NCBI GenBank assembly: GCA_964016885.1
Contig: OZ024745.1
Coordinates: forward strand, 94,922,001 to 94,986,000
Reading direction: 5' to 3'
DNA from: Eledone cirrhosa
Lineage: Eukaryota
DNA length: 64,000 nt
Shown: one piece after another, positions 42,485-56,583 of the stretch
How the letters are laid out: each line of letters opens with the position of its first letter
Position numbering within the stretch: the first letter of the stretch is position 1
Translations under genes and position numbers: made by a program
Notes under the pieces: generated by a model
Database searches by the model: none
What the model was told of the DNA's origin: nothing
What the model saw: only the letters and a program-made list of their open reading frames with translations

Positions 42485-45400
42485 CTATTGGGGTGATAAC
42501 CCGTTTAGTTTTGGTTTAAATTTGTTAAGGAATAGATTTTCTTTGTTTATTCTTTGTTGCTGTGTGAACGAATCTGAGCACTTGTAGAAGGGGAAGATTT
42601 TAAAATTGGGTAGTGTCATTCCTGCGCAGTTCGCAATATGGCTGCTCAAGGGGATTTTTCTTGTGTTAGCGTCCCGGATTTGTTGGCAGTGGATGGTCAT
42701 TCTTTTGCGTAATGAGGTGCCCGTCTGTCCTATGTAGTTGTGTTTGCACCCACCGCAAGTTATTGCGTAAATCAAGTTCTCCGAGTTGCAGGTGAAATTG
42801 TTTTTTACTGTAAATGTTTGGCCATCTTTAAATGTAAATTTTTGTCCTTCAGTGAGGTAGAGGCACGTTCCACAGTTTGTTCTACCACATTCGGTAACTG
42901 TAGGGTTGAGGATTGGTTTGGGTATATTTGGTCCAGTGAGAATGCGTTTTAGTGATTTGGGTTGTCTTTTACTTTTAAGGATCTTGTGTTTCAAGAATAG
43001 ACTTCATTTTTACATCTTTAAGTAGGATGGGGAGGTTTTTGTGTAGGTGATCAAACATTTCGGTATTTCTGGGGTTGAAAGTGGATACATATGGCAGGGT
43101 GTTGAGTTGGTTTTCTGTTTTGGATTGTTAAGTTGATGGGGATTTAGGTGTTTTGCCCTGTCTATTCCATTGTTGATTATTTCAAGTGGAAAGGCTCTTA
43201 AGATAAGGGTGTCTTTTAGTTCCTTTAGTCTTTGCTCCCGTTTAGGTGGGTCTGATACTATGGTACATATACGTTTGGCCAAATTGTAAGGAATGTTAAG
43301 TTTTGTATGTTTTGGGTGACTTGATGTGAAAAAGAGGTATTGCTTGGAATCTGTGGGTTTATAGAATATATCTGTATCTAATTTCCCGTCTATTACAGAG
43401 ATGAGAATATCCAAGAAGGCTAATTCCTTGGGATTGGATTCCATTGTGAATTGTATGTTATTATCTATGTTGTTTATCATGTTTTTAAACATAGTAAGTG
43501 AGTTCATGTCTTCTTGCCATAGGATAAAGCAGTCGTCTAGATATCTTTTCCAATTGGCTTTGAGGTGTGTGTGGAAAGAGTCTCCAAATAAGAGAAGGGA
43601 CTGACTGTATATTTGTTGTTCATGGAATCCCATGACTAGGTTGGCATATGTGGGTGCTACTTTCGTGCCCATTGCAGTACCTGATACTTGTCTGTATGTT
43701 GAACCATTGAATGTGAAGTAGTTATTTTGTAGGATAAAGCGGAGTCCGTCAGTGATAAAATCTTTGTTGATGCGTGTCGGTATTTCTGATGGGTGTGTGT
43801 TAAGCCAGTATTGGACTGCTGTTATTCCATAGTTGTGGGGTATGTTTGTGTAGAGGTTTATTGCGTCAAAGGAGACAAGAATTGTATTTGCACTTACTGT
43901 TTTAGGGAGGTGCTTCAGCATGTCAAGGTCATCTCGTATGTAGCTCTGTATATGTTGTAGAAAGGATTTCAGTAGGATGTCCAGAAAGCTGCTAAGTATG
44001 TGGGTTTCACATGTAGGGCCTGCTATAATTGGCCTGAGTTTTAGGTCTTCTGGTGGTGTTAGTTCAATGTAATTGTTGGTTGAGGTGTCACATGCATCGT
44101 TTATGGGCTTACATTTGTGGAGTTTCGGTAAGCCGTAAAAAGAGCTTGTATTGCATTTGAAGTGGCTTATATAGTTAAACTCTTTTGTGGTTAAGCTGTT
44201 GCGGTATTTATTCAGTAAGGTCAAAAGGTTCCCCATTGTTTTGGTGTGTTTGTAGTTTTCTGTTTTTTCATAGTATGTGTTGTTTTCTAAAATGTTAAGT
44301 GCGAGGGTCCTATAGTAGTCCGTATTCATAATGACAACAGTACTGCCTTTATCGGCTTCTTTGATGGTTATCTCAGGGTTATTTCTAAGTATGAATAATT
44401 CTTCCCATTCGTGTGTAGATAGGTTTGATTTCGTGTGTTTATTTGTAATTTTTTCATAGGGAAAGTTGGTGATGTGTACGCAGTACGTGTCCAATGCTTT
44501 ATTTCTTCCCTTTTGTGGGCGCAGAAATTGCTTTTATTTCTAACCAGTGATTCGTCCTCAGTGTTGGTGTCGTTGTGGAAGAATTCCGTTAGTCGCAGCT
44601 TTCGGCAGTATTCCATGATGTCATCCTTCATTTCGGGGAAGTTTGGTTTACGTGGTGTAGGTGTAAATTTCAGGCCCTTACTTAAAATGTTGATTTGTGT
44701 GTTGGTTAGAGGTGTCTTTGAGAGGTTGATTATTTTTGGTTTCTCCCGAGGGGGGGGGGGGGCATCGAGTATCCTGGTATTTCAGGCTTTTCCCTAAAAA
44801 AGGAATGTAGTTTTGTGTGTGATTATATTTTGTTGGTCTGTTGCGTGTGGGTCTGTAGCTTGTTGTTTCATGAGGGTGAATGTGATGGTGGGAGTGGTAT
44901 GTGTTGTGGTTGTTGATGAGCAAGGGTTCTGTTGTTGGTTCATGTGGTCTGGGTGCGTTATTTCTGTGGTACAGAGTGTTGAGGTTGGGGGTTTGTCTTT
45001 TGTTGGATTGAGGGTGATGTCTGGTGTGGTTGTGGGTAAGTTCTGTTGTGATTTCAAGTGGTCTGGGTGGATTTCTTCTGAGGAATGTGGTGTGTGTGTT
45101 GTGAGTTGGATCTATGTTATTTCGTCGTTGGTTTATGTAGGGGGTATTTCTACGGAAACCTGTGTTGTGGTGGTTGGGTGTGTTTCTTTTGGCGTAGTTG
45201 GCCGTATTTGGTTTGTGTTGGTGGGGGATGTGCCTGTGGTTAGTGTGTGTTGGGTTTGGTGGTGTAAATGTGTCTGTTGTAGTTCTTGTTATGTTCAAAT
45301 GCTTTATAAAGGGGTTACCTGTTTGGTGCGTCCTTTTAAAGTCTTCTTCATATTTGAGGAACCAGTTTTTGGATTTTTCCCACCGTTTAAGGGAAATAAT

Positions 45401-45820
45401 TTCTGCATTCTCGCAGTTCTGTTTCCACGATTTGATTAAATTGTGTAGGGTTGTTCCCTCGGCCTTTTTAGTGCATTCTTCCTCCATATTTTTATCAGTA
45501 TCCTTATACTCTTGCTCGTTGGAGGTGGCCCTTAATTTTAGGAGTTCTATTTCCATGTTTATCCTGTTGAGTGACATTTGTTCACGGAGTTTTCTTTCTG
45601 GTTCAGGTTCGTTTGTAATATGCTTTATTTGGAATTTACGTGGTAAAACTATCCGTGTTGAGTTAATCCATTTTTGGTAAATTCCAGCTTTGTTGAGGTT
45701 TTTATCATATTCCAGAAAGTGAATTTTCTGGTTTTTAGATGTTTTTTCCAGAGGTGTCCCATTTGGTTTTTGATATGGAGCAATGTCGTCTCTTCTGTTT
45801 TGGTATTCATAAGTTTTTCG
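42485..45820 (-). pseudogene. PLE polyprotein (N-terminal region, RT, Cys linker, GIY-YIG) with at least three frameshifts
   Basis: IINLS...SKGLKFTPTP; ADKG; FYGLPKLHK; RPII; SFDAINLYTNIP; GTAMGTKVAPTYANL; RYLDD; CGRTNCGTC; LIYAITCGGCKHNYIGQT. Confidence 0.92.
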
Positions 45821-45947
45821 ATATGTGTATGTATATATATGTATGTATATATATATGTGTGTGTATGTGTATATATATGTGTGTGTGTGTGTGTGTATGT
45901 GTGTATGTATATGTATGTGTGTGTGTATGTATGTGTGTATATGTATA

Positions 45948-46008
<61 letters not shown>

Positions 46009-46375
46009 ATATATATATGTATGTATATGTATGTGTGTGTGGATGAGGGTATGTGTGTATATATAGGTGTAAGTGCACTAAATCCCTATCTATCACTCTC
46101 CCCTCTCCTACCGACCACAGGGAGATATATGTATGTATATTGCTTCCGCCCCCTCACTGATCAGCAGCTGGCCATCTGGCTATTGCTAAATCTGACCTTT
46201 ATAAAATAACCCACTCCCCCAAATAACTCCTCATTCACTACCAGAAAGGCACACACCAGTCAACTTGCTGCTACCAAGATGAAAACTACTATGAAATCCC
46301 ACACTGAATTTTATACTTGAATTTTCAAATCTCAAATTTTAACTCTTCTTATTATTAATTTTCTTAATATTAATC

Positions 46376-46423
46376 AACATTTGAAAAGATGGCTTTTGCA
46401 GACCCATCGAAACCGGTCATTTT
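46376..46423 (+). ncRNA. hammerhead-like motif, U3:A8 core (second copy at 41207-41254, minus strand)
   Basis: aacat TTGAAAA gatgg...ccatc GAAA ccgg TC atttt; palindromic stem III, weak stem I. Confidence 0.6.
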
Positions 46424-46522
46424 TTATACCCTTTATTATTTCCTTACCTTATAAAATTATATGTTTTGTCACAAAAAACTATTCTGTCTCTTATATATTC
46501 CATGTGCCATTACCAACCTCAA

Positions 46523-46590
<68 letters not shown>

Positions 46591-46596
<6 letters not shown>

Positions 46597-47556
46597 GGAA
46601 ATCAGTAAAATCGAATCTCTGGCGGTTTGCAAGTAAATTCGGCCTACTTCTATGAAATGACGAGTTAGCAAAGCACTCGATAAGATAGGACCTAAGAGTA
46701 ATAACATACGTTTAAATAGCTTGACAAATCGAACAGTGTGGTAGGCGAAACTAACACACAATATATACCAAAGTAACGATAGAACTAATCAGGTTAAGAA
46801 AATTACACCTGGACAAATCAAACGAACAATCGTTTAAGGTGTTTCTTTGAATCCGAAATCAAATATCAGACTTACGTGAATGGCAAGCTCATGGTATTGG
46901 TGATCGAAGGGAGGATTCAGTTTATCAACAGGTATTTCGTTCTGCCTAGGACCGTAGTGATAAATTATATGTTGCTGCTCCATGCGGCTGCTAATCGTAT
47001 CTATAGTTATCACGTGTTAATTCTGGCAAGGTAAATAAGGTCCTATCTTATCGAGTGCTTTGCTAACTCATCATTTCATATAAGTAGGCCGAATTTACTT
47101 GCAAACCGCCAGAGATTCGATTTTACTTGCAAGTCTGATATTTGATTTCGGATTCAAAGAAACACTTTAAACGATTGTTCGTTTGATTTGTCCAGGTGTA
47201 ATTTTCTCAACCTGATTAGTTCTATCGTTACTTTGGTATATAGGCGGGTCATTCAAAATGCTAGCGAAAGGAAATATTTTAATTTCCGCTAATCATCATG
47301 ATAAGCTCTCAACTAGATGTTATAAAACAAACATAAATAATTAACCAATGGACAGAATTGTGTAATTAAATTAATTAGTTAATTATTAAATCTAGGAGAA
47401 TAATATAATTGGAAATCAGTAAAATCGAATCTCTGGCGGTTTGCAAGTAAATTCGGCCTACTTATATGAAATGATGAGTTAGCAAAGCACTCGATAAGAT
47501 AGGATCTTAGAGTAATAACATACGTTTAAATAACTTGACAAATTGAACATTGTGGT
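46591..47556. mobile_element. rearranged copy of the ~613-bp retrozyme-like family
   Basis: 46591-46745 is repeated directly at 47406-47556 and partly inverted at 47038-47126; 46753-46875 is inverted at 47128-47242. Confidence 0.75.
46806..46934 (-). ncRNA. hammerhead ribozyme, U3:A8 core, long stems II and III
   Basis: tacctg TTGATAA ac-tgaatcc...ggattca-aa GAAA cacc-ttaaacga-ttgt-tcgtttga-tttg TC caggtg. Confidence 0.65.
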
Positions 47557-47639
47557 ATATATATATATATGTATGTGTATGTGTGTGTGTTTCAACAATA
47601 AAACCATAAGTCAGCTGTAGGTAGAGAGTTAGTTCATTG

Positions 47640-48020
47640 TTATATATATAAGTATGTATACGTACATACATATATGTATACAGATGTACAGTAGTATGTA
47701 TATATACATACATGCACACATATATATATATATATGTATGTATGGGTTTACCGAACATTTATTATAATGCTCGGTTTGTTTGTAAACAAACAGCCCGAAT
47801 TAAGCCGTACAGTGTCTAGCAACCTTCGTTGCTCGTTTGTTCAACACTGACAAAGGAACTATGTACTAGATTCAAGCTTATTAGCTATCGCCAGCATCGT
47901 ATACCTTCCTGCCAGAAGATTGAACGACTGAAAGTATATACTTTCTTGATGCATATTAACGCCTGAGCAGCCTAATTTGCATATCGAGTGAGTTAGTCGG
48001 CCGGGCGCACCGAAAACGAT
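47640..48020 (-). mobile_element. diverged member of the 469-bp retrozyme-like family
   Basis: Close to 7770-8120; degenerate HHR at 47858-47900 (CTGGCGA tagct-aata-agctt GAAT ctag TA); octamer at 47975. Confidence 0.7.
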
Positions 48021-48098
48021 ATATATATATATACGTTTATATATATATATATATATATGTATATTTATATATATAAATATATATATATATATGTATAT

Positions 48099-48179
<81 letters not shown>

Positions 48180-48183
48180 TACA

Positions 48184-48222
<39 letters not shown>

Positions 48223-48231
48223 ATATATATA

Positions 48232-48312
<81 letters not shown>

Positions 48313-48849
48313 TATATGTAAATATGTATGTGTTTGAGGCGTGGAGTGGGAATATGGGTGTGTGTAAATATGCACATAAAAACCAGGTTGCGCTTCAGCG
48401 CTACTGCTAACATATAATTTAGAACAACCTGTGCATGCCCAGCAACTAAACCTGCAACCCCACCAAGCTTGATTGGTGACGGGGGTGATTTTGGACCTAC
48501 GGGATGAAAAACAAAACCCGTCAAAGGGCGGAGGAACTGATCCAATCAAGTTTTTATTTATTTTATTTATTTATTTATTTTGTGGAACGAGAGACTCCTA
48601 GTCTTCATTAAGGCATCTCTCTAGGAGAAGGTAACTCTGATATAAAACCTGCGACTTCATTTACATCCAATGATGTAGATCAGGTCATCTTTTTGGGTAA
48701 AAAAAACATTCGATTGGCCCCGTACAAAGCCTAGCAAGACTAAAAGGACATGTCCGGGATGCTCATTCTTAAGTATCAAGTGATGGTATTACTCGAAATC
48801 GAGTTGCAGCCATCATATCGAGTTGCGCGATCATATATATATATATATA

Positions 48850-49140
<291 letters not shown>

Positions 49141-49474
49141 CATATATATATATACATGAGTAAGAGAGGAAGAGAAAAGAAAATGAGAGAGATAGCTGGC
49201 ATTTGTGTGAATGCACGTATAAATCTGAGCTTGTAAATATTTACGTTTCTGCGCACGTACGACTATGCTGTGCCAAGTGAATGCATGGTGCGATCCATTG
49301 ATTCCCTGACATTTTTGTTAGACTGTTGTTATGCTTGTGATTCTATTTGTACGTTGGTTTTGCAAACGCCCCTGATCTTAACGCTCAATGTTATTTTATA
49401 TACCATGTTTAGATTTTCTAACACAATTTTTCTTTCATATAAAGACGTCCGACCCATTATCAGATTTCTTCTTC

Positions 49475-49660
49475 ATGTAGAATGCACTGCGCAGACGTTT
49501 TTGAGAGAATGATTGTCTCAGTTTCTCAGCACTGTTTTTTCATTCCAGCCATGCAGCACTCGGTATGAAACCTGTCAAATGCTTGTCGGAGATCACCTTC
49601 TGTCGAGTTAAGTAACACCATGTCGTCTGCAAATCCCAACCGGCTGATAATACCTGCCAG
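49475..49660 (-). pseudogene. RTE-type LINE reverse transcriptase fragment
   Basis: ISRLGFADDMVLLNSTEGDLRQAFDRF..EC..AGMK...KTETIILS. Confidence 0.75.
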
Positions 49661-49943
49661 TCATGATAACACTACCAACACGGCTGCGCATATCAATACT
49701 GTTCATGAAAATAATGTGTTAGATTTCTCACTGCTAAATATGTACTATATATCATATATTAAGATATGTTCTACACGCTCTCAAATGCGTCAATTATCAG
49801 AACCTGTCCCCATTTTCTTCGCCATTTTATATCTAAAAGTATCTCATTTTCCTCATTAATTTATCCTTGTTATCAAATGGGTTGGCCGATAAATACTCCG
49901 ATTACAGTGTTAAATCTATAACTCTTTCTCTTCCTCTCGCTCC

Positions 49944-49982
<39 letters not shown>

Positions 49983-49991
49983 TATATATAT

Positions 49992-50250
49992 AGTGGTAAG
50001 GGAGTTGGACTTACGATCATAATGTCGTGGGTTCGATTCCTAGGTTACGTATTGTGTTCTTCAGCAAAACACTTCATTTCACGTTGCTCCAGTATACTCA
50101 GCTGAAAATGAGTACCAGCAATAGCTGAGGGGGATAACCCTGTGATGGACTGGCATCCTGTTCAGGTGGAAGTCTTGTACTCTCAGTAGTTTCTTGCCAT
50201 GAAACCGGGATAGATAAGCAAAGGAACCTTCTGCTTCAGACAGACTTTAG
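49992..50250 (+). mobile_element. tRNA-derived SINE (family B)
   Basis: TAGTGGTAAGG A box and GGTTCGATTCC B box; related minus-strand copies at 53890-54017 and 54940-55187. Confidence 0.8.
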
Positions 50251-50270
50251 ACATATATACATACACACAA

Positions 50271-50320
<50 letters not shown>

Positions 50321-50405
50321 GTAATTCCGAAGGAAAAGCAAAGGAAAAAAGAGTGGTCTCTATATAGAACAGAACTATTTAATTAGAAAGTGAACAACAC
50401 AAAAT

Positions 50406-50479
50406 ATAACTACTCCATTACCAAAGGTTTCTGGATCCCAGACAATACGTTTGGATCGGTCATCAGACAGAGATGTTAT
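50406..50479 (-). ncRNA. type I hammerhead ribozyme
   Basis: ataac-at-ctctgt CTGATGA ccgatcc...ggatcca GAAA cc-ttt-gg TA atggag-ta-gttat. Confidence 0.7.
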
Positions 50480-50624
50480 GGATAAAAAACGTGAAATATA
50501 TATATATGAACAGATTCAGGGCCCCGACGGCTGAGCTCCGACCATTTCGACAGTTACATCCGAACGCTGGTGCGAGTACTCTGGTACGTTGTGGTCAACC
50601 GGGTATCTTACCACACCCTCTTTG

Positions 50625-50655
<31 letters not shown>

Positions 50656-52464
50656 ATAACACTATATTACCTTCGTTGTGAGCCCAAATGCTAATACTGA
50701 ATTACTTCTGTATGTAAACTCACTTAATTCCATTTTGAGTATTACTTTTTTATTAACACAATACCGTAGTTAATGAGATCGTGATCTGGAACTCAGTTAC
50801 ATAATTCCCAGTCTCTTTAGAAATTCTTCTCATCCAGTTACCCGGCTTATATATTTCCTTATCCCTGTGTAGAAGCTCTACGAAAATTCGTAACCATCCG
50901 GAAATTTTGGCGACAAACGATCAAAGTTAATTATATATTTGGCGAAAGAGCTTATATATCTATATAGACAAATATAGTTTTGCAGATTAAAATGAAATCC
51001 GAGACAATCGACTCGGTAATATTGATTCCGAAGTTACTTAGATTCAAAATATAATTTCTGATTACGTGCTCCCAATAACTTGGGTTTTAATCGAAATTGA
51101 TCGTTATACTAATGCTGAGTATATTTATATACACATATCAAATAATAGGATATATGATGTGTTGTACTATCATTAATCTCTGCATGTCAATTCGGTGATA
51201 TTTTCTGAAAGTGATGTTATTCTATTAAGCTCTTTGCTTTTGTAAATATTTTGTTTAGGCTTTTAAACCTAACTCTATACTAAAATTACCGAGTTGTGAT
51301 ATTTGTCAAGATACATGCGATACGTTCGCGTTGAATATTGGATACTCAGATCATGATAAGTAAGCTTTTATCGACATGAATGTTGAATTATATTTCTGAC
51401 TAAAGTTCTTAATTTTACAGCTCTTTTTAGGCGACAATGTGGCGGAATTCTGGTTGCCGTTAGGTTGGTGTCTGTGGTATTCATTTGCCTTGGATTGGTT
51501 TGAAAATAAAGGACCCTAAGTAATTCACCAGCAATATAAATACTTGTTTATCCTCGATATATTTACCATTTTAATAGAAAAATATTAACAATGTTCGTTT
51601 GTCTTCATATTTCTCACTAAATAATTACTATCATTATGATAAAAGCAAATAGCTATGACCAGAATAACTAAACTACGGAGCTGTTGGTTTAATGCATCCA
51701 GTTTAGGAAATGAACGTAGAATTTTACTGGTATAGTTCTTGAGTGATAATGGTCTCATGTACTAAAGTCCTATGGTTGATTCAAGGAATAGTTATGGATT
51801 CTTTCTTTTATTTCACTCAAACTGTTTTTCCTCACAAAAAGGCGAAAGCCAGAGATCACAATTCCCCTTCATCGTTATAAATATGATAATGACTCTTTGA
51901 TTCCCAATTAGAGCGTTGCATTGAATGACTTGCGGTGTTTGTTCGGTCTCTCTGTGAACTAAGTTTAAATCTCCCCGAGGTTAACATTGTCGTTCATCAT
52001 TTTGGTGTGGATAATTGAAATAACGGTCCTGGAGAAATTGGACTGGATAAATTATTAGAACGTAGTACAAGATGTCTTGTGGTATCTTTTCTAGTCATGC
52101 GAGTGCTGTGTGTAAATCCCACTTGTTGTCACCGGAAAAAGCAGTGGCATGATATGAATCCTACCATTAAAACACCCGAGTTATGAAAACATGTGTGCAT
52201 GCATTTATTGAATCTACTGCCTATAGAAATATATTGTCCCACTGTGTGGTAAATATTATACCTATGTGAATTCAACTGTTCATATTAAATATCCTGAAAA
52301 TATATACTTTCTCCTCCCCACAAGTTATAGGCCTTGTGCCGAAATCAGAAACTATTATATTTCCGGTACTCATTTTGTCGATACAAACAGATGAAAGATA
52401 AAGTTGAACCTGATTTTGAATTGAAAAAGCAGAACAAAATGTAAATTACCCATCGTTGCTATTC

Positions 52465-52720
52465 CGCCAGTATTGCACAACGCCAGTATTGCACAACGCC
52501 AGTATTGCACAACGCCAGTATTGCACAACGCCAGTATTGCACAACGCCAGTATTGCACAACGCCAGTATTGCACAACGCCAGTATTGCACAACGCCAGTA
52601 TTGCACAACGCCAGTATTGCACAACGCCAGTATTGCACAACGCCAGTATTGCACAACGCCAGTATTGCACAACGCCAGTATTGCACAACGCCAGTATTGC
52701 ACAACGCCAGTATTGCACAA
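52465..52720. repeat. perfect minisatellite (CGCCAGTATTGCACAA) x16
   Basis: 16 identical 16-bp units with no spacers. Confidence 0.97.
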
Positions 52721-53460
52721 CGTAATCAAATAGGAGGTTATAAGTTAAGAAAGTATCATTTTCTTTAGAGTTGTTTTTTGAATATCTTATATCAATTATT
52801 AGATGTGCATTAAAATGATCAAATTGTATTCCATTCCATTTATACCAGATTCATCGATATATAATCGATATATAACAAACTAGAAAGAAATTTAAAAAAA
52901 AAAGAATTATCTCGGACAATAGGCATTTATCTAGAATAATCACTAAGTTTTAAGTGAATTAATTTAAAAGCCACCTGGTTTTCGAACCATATTTATTGGC
53001 ATCGTACATTTCCTCTGGCGTGCAGAAATACGAACGTATTTGAAGTAAAAGAGAGTGACATTAAAAGGTTTCGTTCCACAATAAAATACAGAGGCTGGTT
53101 GCATGATAAACATCAATTCATGAAGAGATATAACAGGAATATTTAAAGGAATTATTATCTTTAATGTACTACTCATTATGACTGACTCAAGATGAAGTAC
53201 ATTTGCAGATGTATACACGCTTTCCTATTAAAACGATCGGATTCTAATTTCCGCATTGTTCTCACGTGACAATATAATACACGTACGTTAATGGTTGTTG
53301 AAACAAATATTTCAAACAAATACTAGTCCTTGTGAACATGTATGCTTCTCTAAGAACATGCATGAATATATAAATATATAGAGAGATATATTTAAATGTA
53401 GGGTTCTGTATACAGACATGTTATATATAAATATATATTATTATTACTATATACTATAAA

Positions 53461-53648
53461 AGGTGGATTGGCAGTATCGGTGGAGGGACGGACGCCATGC
53501 TTTCCAGCATAGTTACGTCCCTTTACGATCTGAGTTCAAATCCCACCGAGGTTGACTTTGCCTTTCATCCTTACGGGGTCGATAAAATAAAGTACCAGTA
53601 ATGCACTGGATAATTGCTGGCCTTGTGCCTAAAGAAGAAACAATTATT
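53461..53648 (+). mobile_element. tRNA-derived SINE (family A)
   Basis: A/B boxes and body; a truncated copy also lies at 54746-54878. Confidence 0.85.
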
Positions 53649-53889
53649 TATTTATTTATATTTATATATATGTATCATTTCATATTTAATATACTATTAT
53701 ATCATCTCTAAGGTCCCCTTATGCCCCAGCACCCCCTGAACTTTCTCAATGCCTCCTCCCTCGGGGGTGGTAGCGCCTACTTTTAGAACCTCTGATCTAC
53801 AGCAAAGACACGAGTAAATAATCATACATATATTTAGTAAACGTTCCCTAAATCTTTATCTAAAGTCTGTATTAAGCCGTTAGGCCAAT

Positions 53890-54017
53890 CCAGCTGAGTA
53901 TACTGGAGCCACGTGAAATGAAGTGTTTTGCTCAAGAACACAACACGCAACTCAGCCCAGGAATCGAACCCACGACATTATGATCGTAAGTCCAACACCC
54001 TTACCACTAGGCCATGC
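53890..54017 (-). mobile_element. family B SINE 5' part
   Basis: Reverse complement of the 49992-50105 head. Confidence 0.75.
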
Positions 54018-54524
54018 CTCTCTTCAAACATTCCCACAGATACAAAATATCAATTGTAAATTCCCTATTTGAAAGATCATGTACATTGTCTTGATAAACG
54101 AAGCAGGTGATAATGAAATTCACAGAATACAACAAATACTAATCCTTATGTATCTATACTATATAGGATTCCCAACAAAAAAATGATGATTAATGATGGA
54201 AGCAATAAACATAGTGCAGAATGTTGTTAAAATGGACTTGCAAAATATCATACATTTGTAATGATATAAATAAATATCTGATTGATGACGTATAAATGTA
54301 AAGGTGAAACATTAAAAATACGACAGAAATGTCTGCACCAATCACATTGGTTGTGTTATTGTAAGGAAGCAACAACATACGCCAAGATGTGAATATGAAG
54401 GTCTAGCAATGATGATGATAGATTTAATAAATAAGCTGTTAAAGAATATACAACTAGGAAACATTCCTGTATTGAATAAAACATGCTTACAAGAAAAGAT
54501 GTTTCAAAGACAGGCAGACCGGTT

Positions 54525-54654
<130 letters not shown>

Positions 54655-54903
54655 CCCACAAAAGCACAGGCATAAATATATATTATCCATTGTCTCTAAT
54701 TCGCTTCACCAAAACCTATATTAATTCGATATCATTTGAGTCAGGGTGTCCCTTTACGGTCTGAGTTCAAATCCCGTCCAAATTAACTTTGCCTTTCATC
54801 CTTACGGGGTCGATAACATAACGTGCCAGTAAGATACTGAGTTATAGCTGGCCTTGTACCAAAAGTAGAAACAATTATTTGAGTCAGTGCTCTTGCTTGG
54901 TAT

Positions 54904-54935
<32 letters not shown>

Positions 54936-54939
54936 GTGT

Positions 54940-55187
54940 GTGTCTAAAGTCTGTCTGAAGCCAGAAGGCTCATTTGGCCGGTGCTTATCCTCGCTTCATG
55001 GCGTGAAGCAACTGAGAGTACAAGACTCCACCCTGGAGAGGACGGCAGTCCATCGTAGGGGTTTTTCCCCCAGCTATTGCTGGTAATCATTTTCAGCTGA
55101 GTATATGGAGCAACATGAAATAAATCGATCCAACGACGTTATGATCGTACGTCCAGCACCCTTACCACTAGGCCACGTGCCTCCACA
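54940..55187 (-). mobile_element. family B SINE with internal deletion
   Basis: Reverse-complement homology to 49992-50250. Confidence 0.75.
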
Positions 55188-55282
55188 TATTTTTATATAT
55201 ATATATATAGTTGTGTGTATACCTATACACAAAAACACACATATATTATGTGTGTATACCTATACACAAAAACACCCATATA

Positions 55283-55438
55283 TATTACTTAAAATACATG
55301 GAAACTAAACATGTTTTCGTCGGAACTCAAAGTTTCATGATGTTATCTGATTAATCTACTACGATTAATCGCATGCCATGATACATCTCTGAGTACCGAT
55401 GAAAACACATTTAGTTACCATGTATTTTAAGTAGTATA
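55283..55438. repeat. ~155-bp imperfect foldback (MITE-like)
   Basis: Arms TACTTAAAATACATGG.AACTAAA..TGTTTTC.TCGG.ACTCA and its reverse complement. Confidence 0.7.
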
Positions 55439-56079
55439 AAGTACATGTGTTTACATATCGAGGGCACATTCATTTTTAATTGCAATTTACTGTTAGATAA
55501 TAATACTAGATACCCACTACATCCATCACATATTGTATTATATCAAGAGAGTATAGCACGATTTCTGATATATATAGATGCCAGACATACAAGAGAGAGC
55601 AGTCACTTATTACAAAGATAATAAACATATACCTATGTAAGCTGACTTACTCGATCAAAAATATCCTTGCACCATCAACCGAACATTATAGGAGTTTATT
55701 AGATAAACTAATAGGTATTTCCGTAAATGATGAAGATTGTTGGGGCACGGTAGATTAAACTGCTACAATCAATTGGATACAATTCACACTCAGATAACGA
55801 TATCCCCCCCCCCCACACACACACTCACACACGCGCGCACACACTTACATATATACACACAGACACTTTCACATTTACACACACACAAATATATATATGT
55901 CTGCTGGACGCACGAGCAGAAGGACGTGTTTTTCTTGCCGGCGACATATCACAAAATCGAATTTCATCTGAGGATACCGTTCTCATAACAACAAATGAAA
56001 GATTTACATCTTGATTGTATGGAAGAACCGTTGAAATAATTATAATGAATAAACGATTTATGTAACATCAGCATCTTTC

Positions 56080-56112
<33 letters not shown>

Positions 56113-56115
<3 letters not shown>

Positions 56116-56583
56116 TGTCAGGCTAAATCATTTTCTTTAATTTCTTTAGTCAAAATACGGCGATAGCTTACATTTATAATTTCAAACTCGCTCGCTGTTT
56201 CGAAAATATTCTTACTTGATATATATATCTATATCTCTCTCTATATATATAGATAGATATATAGATATATAGATATATATATAGATATATATAGATATAT
56301 AGATATAGATAGATATATATATCAAGTAAGAATATTTTCGAAAGAGCGAGCGAGTTTGAAATTATAAATGTAAGCTATCGCCGTATTTCGACTAAAGAAA
56401 TTAAAGAAAATTATTTACCCTGATAGTGGGGTTAAGAACCCTCGGAGAAATGGAAAAAGATGAGTATTGACGTACATGTACGTCAATACTCATCTTTTTC
56501 CATTTCTCCGAGGGTTCTTAACCCCACTATCAGGGTAAATAATTTTCTTTAATTTCTTTAGTCGAAATACGGCGATAGCTTAC

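Larger units (their letters stand above)
41065..46529 (-). mobile_element. Neptune-like Penelope element with long 3' UTR and inverted 5' pseudo-LTR
   Basis: Coding region 42485-45820; near-identical inverted repeats at about 41100-41760 / 45880-46529, both with an HHR-like motif. Confidence 0.9.

Noticed and set aside
49992-50045. tRNA gene
   Set aside because: The tRNA-like head runs into a SINE body and recurs as degenerate copies
52465-52720. CRISPR-like array or repeat-protein ORFs
   Set aside because: Contiguous identical 16-mers with no spacers, eukaryotic context and no cas genes
56415-56460. CTGATAG...GAAA within the palindrome arm
   Set aside because: The core is not CTGANGA/TTGANAA and no stem III or stem I can be formed
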